From NCBI GenBank assembly GCA_000995415.1, contig LCEX01000001.1:60-64059 (forward strand): 64,000 bases of DNA. Direction: 5' to 3'. The notes below the pieces were generated by a model, which was not told the origin of the DNA, searched no databases, and saw only the letters and a program-made list of their open reading frames with translations. The position numbers and the translations under genes are program-made. Position 1 is the stretch's first letter, and the number at the start of each line of letters is the position of its first letter. The DNA is from Candidatus Gottesmanbacteria bacterium GW2011_GWC1_43_10. Lineage in GTDB: Bacteria > Patescibacteriota > Microgenomatia > UBA10105. Below, piece after piece: positions 55,221 through 63,710 of the stretch.

Positions 55221-56226
55221 AATATTAATTACCGGAGCCAGTGGTGACTTGGGAAGGGTGATGGTTCTATACTTATCCACGTTTAAGAAGTTTGAAATAT
55301 ATGCGGCAGATAGTCAGATTGACTTATTGGCTGCAGCCCCATCTAGTAAAAGATATCTTTTGCCCAAAGCAGATACTCTGGAATATATACAGGAATTGAA
55401 CCAACTCCTAGAGAAAAATCATATAGACATATTATGGTTGGGATCTGACTTGGAAATTAGACGTGTGACACAGGACAAAGATAACATCTCCGCTAAATTT
55501 TGGTACCCACCTCATAAAGCGATTGTTACAATGCAAAATAAATTTTTATGTAATCAGCTTTGGCAAAGTAAAAATGTGGCGGTTCCTAATTCGATTGTTA
55601 TAAAGGAACCGTCCCAGCTTAAGCCAGATGTTTGGTTAAGACCTGTGGATCATATCGGTGGCGGAGGTAAGCTGGCTGTGCACGCTGTCACAAAAATTCA
55701 AGCCAAACAGTGGTTAGATCAACACCATGGATGGGGAAAATTCACCATGAGTGAATTTTTGCCTGGTGTCATGTTTGGTTTTGATTCTCTATGGAAAAAC
55801 GGAAAATTGTTAAGTTTTTCTATCAAAGAAAGAGTGCGTTATTCCAGAGACTCCTCAATCAGTTTTACAACGAGTGTGGTAAAAACCTCAAGCAATCAAC
55901 AGGCGATAAAGATGGCAATTAAAGCAATTAAAACTATCCTACCCCACCCAGATGGCGTTTTTTCTGTGGATTTACGTGAAAACAGTCAGGGGATTCCTTG
56001 CGTAACCGAAATCAATCCAGGCAGGTTTCTTACCACCTCTATTCTGTTATTTAAAGAACTAAGTTATGATCTGCCATTAGATTATCTCAATTTGATTTTA
56101 GGGAAAAAGATACCAGTAAGAAAACAAATAAGAGAAAATCAGTACCTATTCTTTGTTAAAGGCTTAATTAGAGTAGTTGATGAAAAAGATATGTTGGTAG
56201 AGAATGCCCGGAGATACTGGAAATAA
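55207..56226 (+). CDS. ATP-grasp domain protein (pre-ATP-grasp Rossmann-like N-terminus plus ATP-grasp core)
   Basis: WLRPVDHIGGGGKLAV (Gly-rich loop). SEFLPGVMFGFDSLWKNGKLL, and GVFSVDLRENSQGIPCVTEINPGR (E-x-N metal-binding end). 14-nt overlap with the PEP-utilizing gene. Confidence 0.65.
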   Translation: MQKIKILITGASGDLGRVMVLYLSTFKKFEIYAADSQIDLLAAAPSSKRYLLPKADTLEYIQELNQLLEKNHIDILWLGSDLEIRRVTQDKDNISAKFWYPPHKAIVTMQNKFLCNQLWQSKNVAVPNSIVIKEPSQLKPDVWLRPVDHIGGGGKLAVHAVTKIQAKQWLDQHHGWGKFTMSEFLPGVMFGFDSLWKNGKLLSFSIKERVRYSRDSSISFTTSVVKTSSNQQAIKMAIKAIKTILPHPDGVFSVDLRENSQGIPCVTEINPGRFLTTSILLFKELSYDLPLDYLNLILGKKIPVRKQIRENQYLFFVKGLIRVVDEKDMLVENARRYWK

Positions 56227-56227
56227 C

Positions 56228-56935
56228 ATGAAATATGCGTTAATTAGTGATATTCATGCTAATCCCCTAGCCTTAGAGTTAGTGCTTCGAGATATTACTC
56301 TGCATGATATAGACAAGTTACTCATCGCCGGAGATTTCGTGGGTTATTATTATCGCCCTGATGTTTGTTTCGAACTACTTGAGGAATGGAACTGGATAGG
56401 CGTACAGGGCAATCACGACCAAACATTACAAGATTTTGTGAGCGGCAATTCAGTTATGATGCAAATTTACCGTGAGGAATATGGAAGTGGTTTAGATGAG
56501 GCGGTAAAAAGACTTACCTTAAATCAAAGAAAGTTGCTTTCGTCACTTCCGGAAAAGAGGGAACTGTTGATTGATGAGCAAAAAGTTTTGTTGTGTCATG
56601 GTTCACCCTGGTCGATCAATGAACGCATCTATCCTGATGCCAAACTAGAAGTATTTACGCGCATATCCAGTTTAGAGTATGACTGGGTTATTTTGGGACA
56701 TACACATTATCCGTTGGTTCAAGAAACAAATCAAACGTTGATTGTCAATCCTGGATCTGTCGGACAACCGCGCGATATTGGAGGTCTGGCGAGTTGGATG
56801 GTGGTTGATTTTGGTAAGCGTACCTGCCAGTTAAAACGAGTTAAATTTCCTACCCAAAAACTGATTCGGGAAACAAAACTCTTGGATCCAAAAGTCCCAT
56901 ATTTAGCTGAGGTTTTGATGCGTAAACCAAGATAA
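56228..56935 (+). CDS. calcineurin-like metallophosphoesterase (YfcE/MJ0936-like)
   Basis: MKYALISDIHAN, LLIAGDFVGY, GNHD, CHGSP, ILGHTH form the classic metallophosphoesterase motif series D-x-H ... GD ... GNH[DE] ... H ... GH-x-H. Confidence 0.8.
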   Translation: MKYALISDIHANPLALELVLRDITLHDIDKLLIAGDFVGYYYRPDVCFELLEEWNWIGVQGNHDQTLQDFVSGNSVMMQIYREEYGSGLDEAVKRLTLNQRKLLSSLPEKRELLIDEQKVLLCHGSPWSINERIYPDAKLEVFTRISSLEYDWVILGHTHYPLVQETNQTLIVNPGSVGQPRDIGGLASWMVVDFGKRTCQLKRVKFPTQKLIRETKLLDPKVPYLAEVLMRKPR

Positions 56936-56936
56936 G

Positions 56937-58004
56937 TTATTTTTTGGCTATGAATTTCCAAGATAGTGGCGTGCCGGAGGCTATATTTTGAGTTGCCGTG
57001 GCTCCGATAATCTTCTGATAGAACCTTGGGGGTAAACCGTTTGCAGGTCTGATAGAGCGTACATTATCCCATGTAAATTTTTCGCCAACCTTAACAGGCC
57101 GGATGACGAACAGCGATCTTCGCCATCCATATTCGCGCATTTGCGCCTCTCCTTTTTTAACGCCATATTTTACTTTTCCCATGGCCTGTTCGGTGATTCG
57201 GATCGACTTGACCATTTGAGCAAATTCACTTGGTACTAATGAAAAACCTGCATCGACCGCCCCTTTTTTTCTTGAAAGAGTCAGATGTTTTTCGATGATT
57301 GACGCTCCCAATGCGACCCCTGCCACCGGTATTTCCCATCCCAGAGTATGATCTGAGATCCCCACAGGAACACCAAATGTTTGGAGCAAATGAGGGACGG
57401 TTTTTAGATGCATCTCTTCAGGCGGAGCCGGATATGCACTGGTGCATTTAAGCAAAGCTATTTCGCGCGCGCCGGATTTGCGAGCCGCATTCACTGCTTC
57501 CCTGATTTCGGAGAGAGTAGCCATCCCAGTTGAAATAATTAGCGGTTTGCCGGTATGGGCCATTTTTTGGATCAAAGGTATATCCACCAATTCAAATGAA
57601 GCTATCTTGTGTACAGGTGGATTAACCTCTTTTTCTAAGTAGTCGACTGCAGTTTGATCAAAAGCAGTCGAAAAAAAATCCAGGCCCAACTTAGTAGCTA
57701 ATTTTTTGAGTTTGAGGGCCCAATCCCATGGAGTATAAGCTTTTTGGTAGAGGGAGTATAGGTAATTCCCTGACCATAGGGATCCGGGGTCGGAGATTTT
57801 AAACAGCGGACTTCTGACATTAAGAGTCATCGTATCGGCGGTATAAGTTTGGAGTTTGACTGCATCAGCGCCGGCAGTTTTAGCTGCTCTGACAATTTCT
57901 TCTGCCTCTGAATAGTCCTGTTTATGATTACCGGACATTTCGGCAATGATATAAGTAGGATGATCCCGGCCTATCTTTTTACCGCCAATTGCAAAACTTT
58001 TCAT
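56937..58004 (-). CDS. N-acylneuraminate/pseudaminate/legionaminate synthase family (NeuB/PseI/LegI-like), PEP-dependent, with C-terminal SAF domain
   Basis: FAIGGKKIGRDHPTYIIAEMSGNHKQDYSEAEEIVRAAKTAGADAVKLQTY matches the NeuB N-terminal signature. C-terminal RSLFVIRPVKVGEKFTWDNVRSIRPANG is the SAF/antifreeze-like domain. Confidence 0.9.
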   Translation of the reverse strand: MKSFAIGGKKIGRDHPTYIIAEMSGNHKQDYSEAEEIVRAAKTAGADAVKLQTYTADTMTLNVRSPLFKISDPGSLWSGNYLYSLYQKAYTPWDWALKLKKLATKLGLDFFSTAFDQTAVDYLEKEVNPPVHKIASFELVDIPLIQKMAHTGKPLIISTGMATLSEIREAVNAARKSGAREIALLKCTSAYPAPPEEMHLKTVPHLLQTFGVPVGISDHTLGWEIPVAGVALGASIIEKHLTLSRKKGAVDAGFSLVPSEFAQMVKSIRITEQAMGKVKYGVKKGEAQMREYGWRRSLFVIRPVKVGEKFTWDNVRSIRPANGLPPRFYQKIIGATATQNIASGTPLSWKFIAKK

Positions 58005-58038
58005 AGTGACGAGAGGAGTATTGTAAAGAGAAATTATA

Positions 58039-58710
58039 TCAATCTTTGATATTTCTCACAACTTGAAACGCTTCTGCATTTTGAAATCCCACCTCCATAC
58101 CTCTATAGTGAGCGAGCGTTTTGATGCCTTCAGCAGATCGGGGATGGGGAAAAGAGCGAAGTTCATCTTTATAAATTTTCATTAACTTTACTTTTTTTTC
58201 TATATATTGAGAGATATTTATGTATTCTGTTGGAGAAAACATAGTTTGGGGTGATTTGTGTTGCCATTCAGTTGAAGATAGGACTTCAAAAGAAACAATT
58301 TTTTTTACAAAAAATCCAGGTTGGGGTCGGCAGGCAGTCAGTACTGCCTGAAAAGTGAGACGATGATCAATATTTAAATCAGAGGCAAAATGTGTATAAA
58401 CGAGATTGGGTTTGATTTTAAAAATAGTGCGTTCGACAACTTTAGTAATCGTAAGTAATGGCAGTGAATCAAATTTGTTATCGGGAAGTTTTTCAAGAAT
58501 AAGTTCCTTGGCGCCTATTTTTTTTGCCACCTGTTGAGCTTGTTTGGCACGTTTTTGAATACTACCTTGATCATCTCTGGCTGATTCGCCATCTCCTAAA
58601 ATCAGGATGTATAAGAAATCTCTGTCAGCCACATGTTTGAGCATTATTCCCCCGGCGCCTAGAACCTCATCGTCTGGGTGAGCCGCAACAACCATGACTT
58701 TATTTTTCAT
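58039..58710 (-). CDS. PIG-L/LmbE-family N-deacetylase (start at MKNKVMVVAAHPDDE, ATG 58710; ORF opens at 58815)
   Basis: VMVVAAHPDDEVLGAGG is the LmbE/PIG-L zinc-binding signature. ILILGDGES follows. Confidence 0.8.
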   Translation of the reverse strand: MKNKVMVVAAHPDDEVLGAGGIMLKHVADRDFLYILILGDGESARDDQGSIQKRAKQAQQVAKKIGAKELILEKLPDNKFDSLPLLTITKVVERTIFKIKPNLVYTHFASDLNIDHRLTFQAVLTACRPQPGFFVKKIVSFEVLSSTEWQHKSPQTMFSPTEYINISQYIEKKVKLMKIYKDELRSFPHPRSAEGIKTLAHYRGMEVGFQNAEAFQVVRNIKD

Positions 58711-59392
58711 AAACTTCCACTTGGGCGGCCAGCTTATTTTTTCGCAAACGCGCTTTGGAAAATTCGAACCGTAATCCTTTGGTCTGCAAAAAAGCTTTTG
58801 GATATTCAGGCGCATCTAGCATGCGGATAAAATCATAAGCATCAGAAATTGTTTTAACCGGTTCGAGATTACTTTCTTCTGGTAGCCGTCTCTTAAAAAG
58901 AGTAATTTTTCCTGTTTGTGGAGTAGGAGTTGGTTCATTTTTTATAATGTGCGGGATCATGTCTGAAAAAACAATTTGTGAAAGTCGGGCGTAGATTTGT
59001 TCGGCACTACCTTTGAGTGATACTGGTCGTTTAAGATAAATATTTCCTGTGTCCATGCCGTCGCTAACTCGTATTGCCGAAATTTTGGTATTCTTAAAAC
59101 CCCGAATAATTAAATTTTGGAGCGGACTCCCACCTCGGCCAAACGGCAAGTCCGTCATATGAAAAACCACACATTCAAAATTGCGCCAAATCTCTTCCGA
59201 AATGATCCAAGACCAATGAGGGAAAAAAATGTAACGGGGGTGGAGCCGTCTGAGGTGTTCCACCGTCATTTCAGATTTATTTTGAATGAGATGATAGTTC
59301 TTTTTGGCACTAAAATATTTATGGAAGTTAGCAATATTCCAAGGCCTGATAGTAGCGATGATATATGTTTTAGACACCATAGTTTTTCCCAA
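58700..59392 (-). CDS. formyltransferase-domain protein (sugar N-formyltransferase, Fmt/ArnA-N-like)
   Basis: FFPHWSWIIS...FHMTDLPFGRGGSPL matches the formyl_trans_N H-x-S-x-LP-x-x-RG-x-x-P motif. 230 aa with no C-terminal Met-tRNA binding domain. Confidence 0.65.
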   Translation of the reverse strand: MGKTMVSKTYIIATIRPWNIANFHKYFSAKKNYHLIQNKSEMTVEHLRRLHPRYIFFPHWSWIISEEIWRNFECVVFHMTDLPFGRGGSPLQNLIIRGFKNTKISAIRVSDGMDTGNIYLKRPVSLKGSAEQIYARLSQIVFSDMIPHIIKNEPTPTPQTGKITLFKRRLPEESNLEPVKTISDAYDFIRMLDAPEYPKAFLQTKGLRFEFSKARLRKNKLAAQVEVYEK

Positions 59393-59396
59393 ATTG

Positions 59397-60029
59397 TTAT
59401 TTTTTTAATAACCACCAATGGCAGTCATCGAATCCGGCAGAGGCATCCAAAAAACCATGTTTAAGAAGGGTAAGACGGGGATATAACGCCAACCATTCTT
59501 TATCAAACGGACGTTTAAATAAGGCGTCAGTCAATCCGCGGTAGGGGATAACCGTTTTTTCCTGAGCGAAGTATTCGATAGTAAGAATGTACTTTCGGGA
59601 AGCAGTATGGATACGGCGTAGCGCTTGAGCCAAATTGGCGTCTCCGATATGGATGAGTACGCCGATAGTAAATACTAGATCAAAGGCGTTTTTCCACGTA
59701 CTATCAAAAATACTTTTTTCAAAAATACGGGCGCTGGGGACCAGTTTTCGAGCAGTGGCAACAGCTATTTTGTTAGGTTCTAGACCCATGAGTTTGAAAT
59801 CAGGATTAATTTTGTGTAATACATCGAGGTTCCCGCCAATATTACAACCCACCTCCAGAATAGACTTAATATCGGGAAAATCGCGAAATACAGATTTAAA
59901 AAAAGCAGCTCTTTTCCTAAAACGTGAAAGGTCAGAGTTACGTTTAATGTATTCGTTACCAAACGTTCCTTGCCAGTAAGCAAGTTGTTTTGTTTTATTG
60001 ACCATAGTGCTTTTGCTGAACATCAGCAT
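59397..60029 (-). CDS. class I SAM methyltransferase resembling the pseudaminic-acid-biosynthesis-associated methylase family (TIGR03587-like)
   Basis: QLAYWQGTFGNEYIKRN is the N-terminal hallmark of that family as I recall it. ILEVGCNIGGNL is SAM motif I. About 200 aa. Confidence 0.6.
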   Translation of the reverse strand: MLMFSKSTMVNKTKQLAYWQGTFGNEYIKRNSDLSRFRKRAAFFKSVFRDFPDIKSILEVGCNIGGNLDVLHKINPDFKLMGLEPNKIAVATARKLVPSARIFEKSIFDSTWKNAFDLVFTIGVLIHIGDANLAQALRRIHTASRKYILTIEYFAQEKTVIPYRGLTDALFKRPFDKEWLALYPRLTLLKHGFLDASAGFDDCHWWLLKK

Positions 60030-60717
60030 TAAGTTTTGCTATTTTAGGGTGTTTTTCCAACAGCTCAATAATCTCCAAACTGTTTTTTTTATGAGCCTGG
60101 TATTTCTGGATAAGTGTTTTGACTGCCAAAAAATCTTCTTGAGTATCTACTGTAATTCTATATGCAGATTCGTCTTTTGGTTGTGTCAGTTGTTTGATTA
60201 TAAATCGATCGGGATGGTTTCGCCAAATGTAGGGTGTGACATGTTCGCGTTCTAGTAGTTCTGTAGCTTTTTGAAAAGCCTCGGTCAGAGCCGCAAAGGT
60301 AAAGATTTCAAAATCGAACCCCCGGGGATAAGTGCGTTTGACCGTATTGGAAAGATAATCGCAACCAGATTTTTGAAACATCCTCAAACCTTTTGCGATC
60401 AAATCCCCGTCTATCAGAGGGCAGTCGGACGTGATCCTAATTATCGTTGTTAAGTCAAAGGCCTGTGCGCAGTAATAGAACCTGGCCAAAACGTCGTTTA
60501 AATCTCCCCTGAAAACTGGCACTGAAATGGTTTGACAAAGTTGAACGATCGCATCATCTTTACGATCAATGGAGGTGGCTACGATTATAGGTATTTTTGA
60601 CTCTTGGGCTCTTTTTAAATGATATTCCAGAAGGGTTTGATTATTAATTTTGGCTAACACTTTACCGGGTAAACGGATAGAGGACATCCGAGCTTGGGTA
60701 ATAATAGCTGTTTTCAT
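59995..60717 (-). CDS. acylneuraminate cytidylyltransferase family (CMP-nonulosonic acid synthetase; PseF/SpsF/NeuA-like)
   Basis: AIITQARMSSIRLPGKVL matches the SpsF/PseF A-I-I-Q-A-R-M-G-S-T-R-L-P-G-K motif. About 240 aa. Confidence 0.8.
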   Translation of the reverse strand: MKTAIITQARMSSIRLPGKVLAKINNQTLLEYHLKRAQESKIPIIVATSIDRKDDAIVQLCQTISVPVFRGDLNDVLARFYYCAQAFDLTTIIRITSDCPLIDGDLIAKGLRMFQKSGCDYLSNTVKRTYPRGFDFEIFTFAALTEAFQKATELLEREHVTPYIWRNHPDRFIIKQLTQPKDESAYRITVDTQEDFLAVKTLIQKYQAHKKNSLEIIELLEKHPKIAKLNADVQQKHYGQ

Positions 60718-60749
60718 GTCTTGATCTGCCTTATTCTAACATATTGAGG

Positions 60750-60758
60750 TGATATAAT
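60750..60758 (+). promoter_or_regulatory. extended -10 promoter element TGATATAAT upstream of 60773
   Basis: TGaTATAAT at 60750-60758, 15 nt upstream of the ATG, giving a short or absent leader. Same nonamer as at 53880. Confidence 0.4.
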
Positions 60759-60772
60759 GAGAATCTTGAGAT

Positions 60773-62680
60773 ATGGGTAAGAAAAATCGTACAATAATCA
60801 TCTTCGCGTTTACGCAAAAACAGGCAGAATGGGGAGTTGATTACCGCCAAAAACATACTAGTGACCAAACTATCATTTTAGCTCCGACGATTGAGGCTAC
60901 TCTCACGCTCCAAAAATACCAGCAGCAGGCATTTGAGTATTTTAATTTATTGTCACAAAATAGTCCGTTACATTACCCGCAAGTTCTCTTGCCTTATTCC
61001 GAGAAAAGCCAGGAATTAGTGAAGTATTTTAACAAACACGTGGAACAGATCGAGGTGTGCGGTATCAATTTCATCGAGATTTTTGACTATTTACTCTGGG
61101 GAGAGTTTTTAGATGTTTTTTTGGCATATGCGCTCTTCAATGAAATTGAAAAGAAGTGGCACCCGGATGCATTTATCGGATTTAAAGACGCGGCTGATGT
61201 TTCGCTAGCCAGTTGGTCGCCTCGACAATTTTCTTACGCCGCTCTGATTTGTGCTTTTTTTGCCCCACCCGAAAAGGTAAAATGGCAGGAAATTTTAGAT
61301 CCCTCCCACCAATCGAGGATTTTTGATTACACGTTTTATCTACCAACGTTGTTTCGGACAGTTTTAGAAATGGGTGGCGGATGGATTCTAAAAAAATATT
61401 CAAATTTGAAAAATCGCTTATTCAAAATAAAACCACACGAAGTTGACTTTCTCTTGTTCTCCGGCGGATTTAACTTGTATTATAACAAGTCGTTGTTTGA
61501 GCACCTTTTATCAAACCGTAAGTATCTTGTAACTACCGGGGATCATCTTTTGGAACACGAATGGTTACTTAAAACTCAAAGTTTTCACTACACTCCACTA
61601 GCACATTTCTTGACAAGGCAATTATCTGACCAAGTCGATAAAACGCACCAGCAAATTTCCAAAAAAATCGATTCAATTCTCACCCAAACAGAAGTCACCC
61701 AATTACTTTTTCCCAGCTCGCTTCCCGAGGTCTGCAAGCAAGCGTGTTTGGCAAAGTTACGGTTGGTGTTTCGCCAATACACGCTAAAATTTGTCCGCCA
61801 AACTATATTAGCCCAAGAAGTCATCCGCAGCTCTCGACCCAAACTGGTAATTACCACACACGATCCAGGACCCTCTGCATTGCCGTTTGTGTTTTTGGCC
61901 AAGCGCAAACACATACCCACGTTAGTCTTATTACATGGATTTCACGACGTGCATTTTGGAGCCGATCACAAGAGTGACTACATGGCTTTGTGGGGGAAAT
62001 TAGTCCAAAATAGATTTGAAAAAATACTTCATAAACCCCGTAAGACTCTTTTTACTGTGGGTTTTCCCCATTTGGATGAGATTTTTCAAAAAAAGCAGGC
62101 TTTTTGGCAACGAAATCTTGGGCAATTTAAACCACGAAACCCAGTCAAAATAGGATTTCTGTGCACATTATATCCGCCCAATACTTTTATTCTGACAAAA
62201 TACTTTCATGAGGTGATGGAAAAGTTTAAGCAGTTACCATTTCCCATAGAAGTATGGATTCGAACTCATTCCGGGCAAATTGTGCATGAGCTTAGGAGTT
62301 TGGGAGATCATTACGGGGTGAAAACGATGATAAATCCAAAGACGACTTTAAACGAATTCTTGGAATCAACAGATGTGATTGTGTCTTGGGATACGACAGC
62401 CATTTTGTGGCCAATGCTATTTGGCAAACCTTTGTTTTACATGAGTCCTTGGTGGGCGGAAGCCAATATCCCAGCAAACAAATATCAGGCGGCATGGACA
62501 GTAAAAAACGCTGCAGAGTTGGTAAAAGGACTTGATTATTTGGTACATCATCCAGAAGCTGTAACCAAACTTCATCCAGGTCAACGCCAATTTTTAAACG
62601 ACGCATTGGGAGTGATTGATGGAACTTCTGGAGAAAAACTAGCAAATCTGATTGAGCATTTACTGACGAGTTCTGCTTGA
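60773..62680 (+). CDS. large soluble protein of unknown family; candidate GT-B-like nonulosonate transferase or PseG-type hydrolase fusion
   Basis: 635 aa, no TM helices. C-terminal VIVSWDTTAILWPMLFGKPLFYMSP resembles a GT-B C-terminal donor-binding segment. It sits between the CMP-sugar synthetase and PseB genes. Confidence 0.4.
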   Translation: MGKKNRTIIIFAFTQKQAEWGVDYRQKHTSDQTIILAPTIEATLTLQKYQQQAFEYFNLLSQNSPLHYPQVLLPYSEKSQELVKYFNKHVEQIEVCGINFIEIFDYLLWGEFLDVFLAYALFNEIEKKWHPDAFIGFKDAADVSLASWSPRQFSYAALICAFFAPPEKVKWQEILDPSHQSRIFDYTFYLPTLFRTVLEMGGGWILKKYSNLKNRLFKIKPHEVDFLLFSGGFNLYYNKSLFEHLLSNRKYLVTTGDHLLEHEWLLKTQSFHYTPLAHFLTRQLSDQVDKTHQQISKKIDSILTQTEVTQLLFPSSLPEVCKQACLAKLRLVFRQYTLKFVRQTILAQEVIRSSRPKLVITTHDPGPSALPFVFLAKRKHIPTLVLLHGFHDVHFGADHKSDYMALWGKLVQNRFEKILHKPRKTLFTVGFPHLDEIFQKKQAFWQRNLGQFKPRNPVKIGFLCTLYPPNTFILTKYFHEVMEKFKQLPFPIEVWIRTHSGQIVHELRSLGDHYGVKTMINPKTTLNEFLESTDVIVSWDTTAILWPMLFGKPLFYMSPWWAEANIPANKYQAAWTVKNAAELVKGLDYLVHHPEAVTKLHPGQRQFLNDALGVIDGTSGEKLANLIEHLLTSSA

Positions 62681-62711
62681 AGAATTGGATTTTCTATGGT
62701 AGAGTGACGAC

Positions 62712-63698
62712 ATGTTTGATTGGAGTAAACAAGTGATACTTTTGACCGGTGGTACCGGTTCTTTTGGTCAGGCTTTCACTCAATACCTTCTGAAATATCA
62801 TTCTCCCACAGCCCTTAGAATATTTAGCCGAGACGAATTTAAACAGTACGAGATGCAACAGAGATTTCAGCATCCATGTTTACGTTTTTTCATTGGTGAT
62901 GTGCGTGACCCAGAACGGCTAGCTCGAGCTATGGATGGCGTGACGTTGGTGGTTCATGCGGCTGCACTCAAGCAAATTGTCGCTTGCGAATACAACCCAA
63001 ATGAAGCAATCAAAACAAACATCATTGGGACGATGAACGTTTTGAATGCGGCGCTGGATGCTCAAGTTGAACGGGTGTTGGGATTGATCACCGACAAAGC
63101 AGTCAGCCCAATCAATTTATATGGAGCCACAAAGCTATGTATGGAAAAATTGCTGATCCAGGGAAATTCGTATCATGGAAAACACCGAACAGCGATCAGT
63201 TGTGTCAGATACGGAAATGTGGCTAATAGCCGTGGAAGTGTAGTGCCGCTTTTTAGGAAACAGAAAGAAACTGGGACATTGACAATTACTCACAAAGACA
63301 TGACACGTTTTTGGATCACTCTTGAAGAAGGGGTCAAATTCGTGGTTCGGACCATCGAAACCATGCAAGGGGGAGAAGTATTTGTACCCAAAATGTCTAG
63401 TTTCAAAATCATGGATCTAGCTCGGGCAATTGCCCCAGAAGCCAAACACAGATTTGTGGGTATACGTCCTGGAGAAAAACTGCATGAAGATTTGATTAAC
63501 CATCACGAAGCCATAAACGTGGTTGAGTTGGCCGACCATTTTATCATCAAGCCCGGAAACGTTTTTTGGACAAAAGATAAAAGACTAACAGCTTTTGACG
63601 GAAAAACAGTAGTTGCCGATTTCTCATACAATAGTAAAACTAACCCTCATTATTTATCAATACTGGACTTACAAAAAAGTTTAGAGAAACTCTTTTAA
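62712..63698 (+). CDS. pseB: UDP-GlcNAc 4,6-dehydratase, inverting (PseB/FlaA1/CapD-like); first enzyme of pseudaminic/legionaminic-type pathways
   Basis: VILLTGGTGSFGQAF...RIFSRDEFKQYEMQ...FFIGDVRD...HAAALKQIVACEYNPNEAIKTNIIGTMNVLNAA...TDKAVSPINLYGATK...YGNVANSRGSVVPLF...MTRFWITLEE aligns block by block with H. pylori/C. jejuni PseB. Confidence 0.9.
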   Translation: MFDWSKQVILLTGGTGSFGQAFTQYLLKYHSPTALRIFSRDEFKQYEMQQRFQHPCLRFFIGDVRDPERLARAMDGVTLVVHAAALKQIVACEYNPNEAIKTNIIGTMNVLNAALDAQVERVLGLITDKAVSPINLYGATKLCMEKLLIQGNSYHGKHRTAISCVRYGNVANSRGSVVPLFRKQKETGTLTITHKDMTRFWITLEEGVKFVVRTIETMQGGEVFVPKMSSFKIMDLARAIAPEAKHRFVGIRPGEKLHEDLINHHEAINVVELADHFIIKPGNVFWTKDKRLTAFDGKTVVADFSYNSKTNPHYLSILDLQKSLEKLF

Positions 63699-63710
63699 GT
63701 CAAACGAAGA

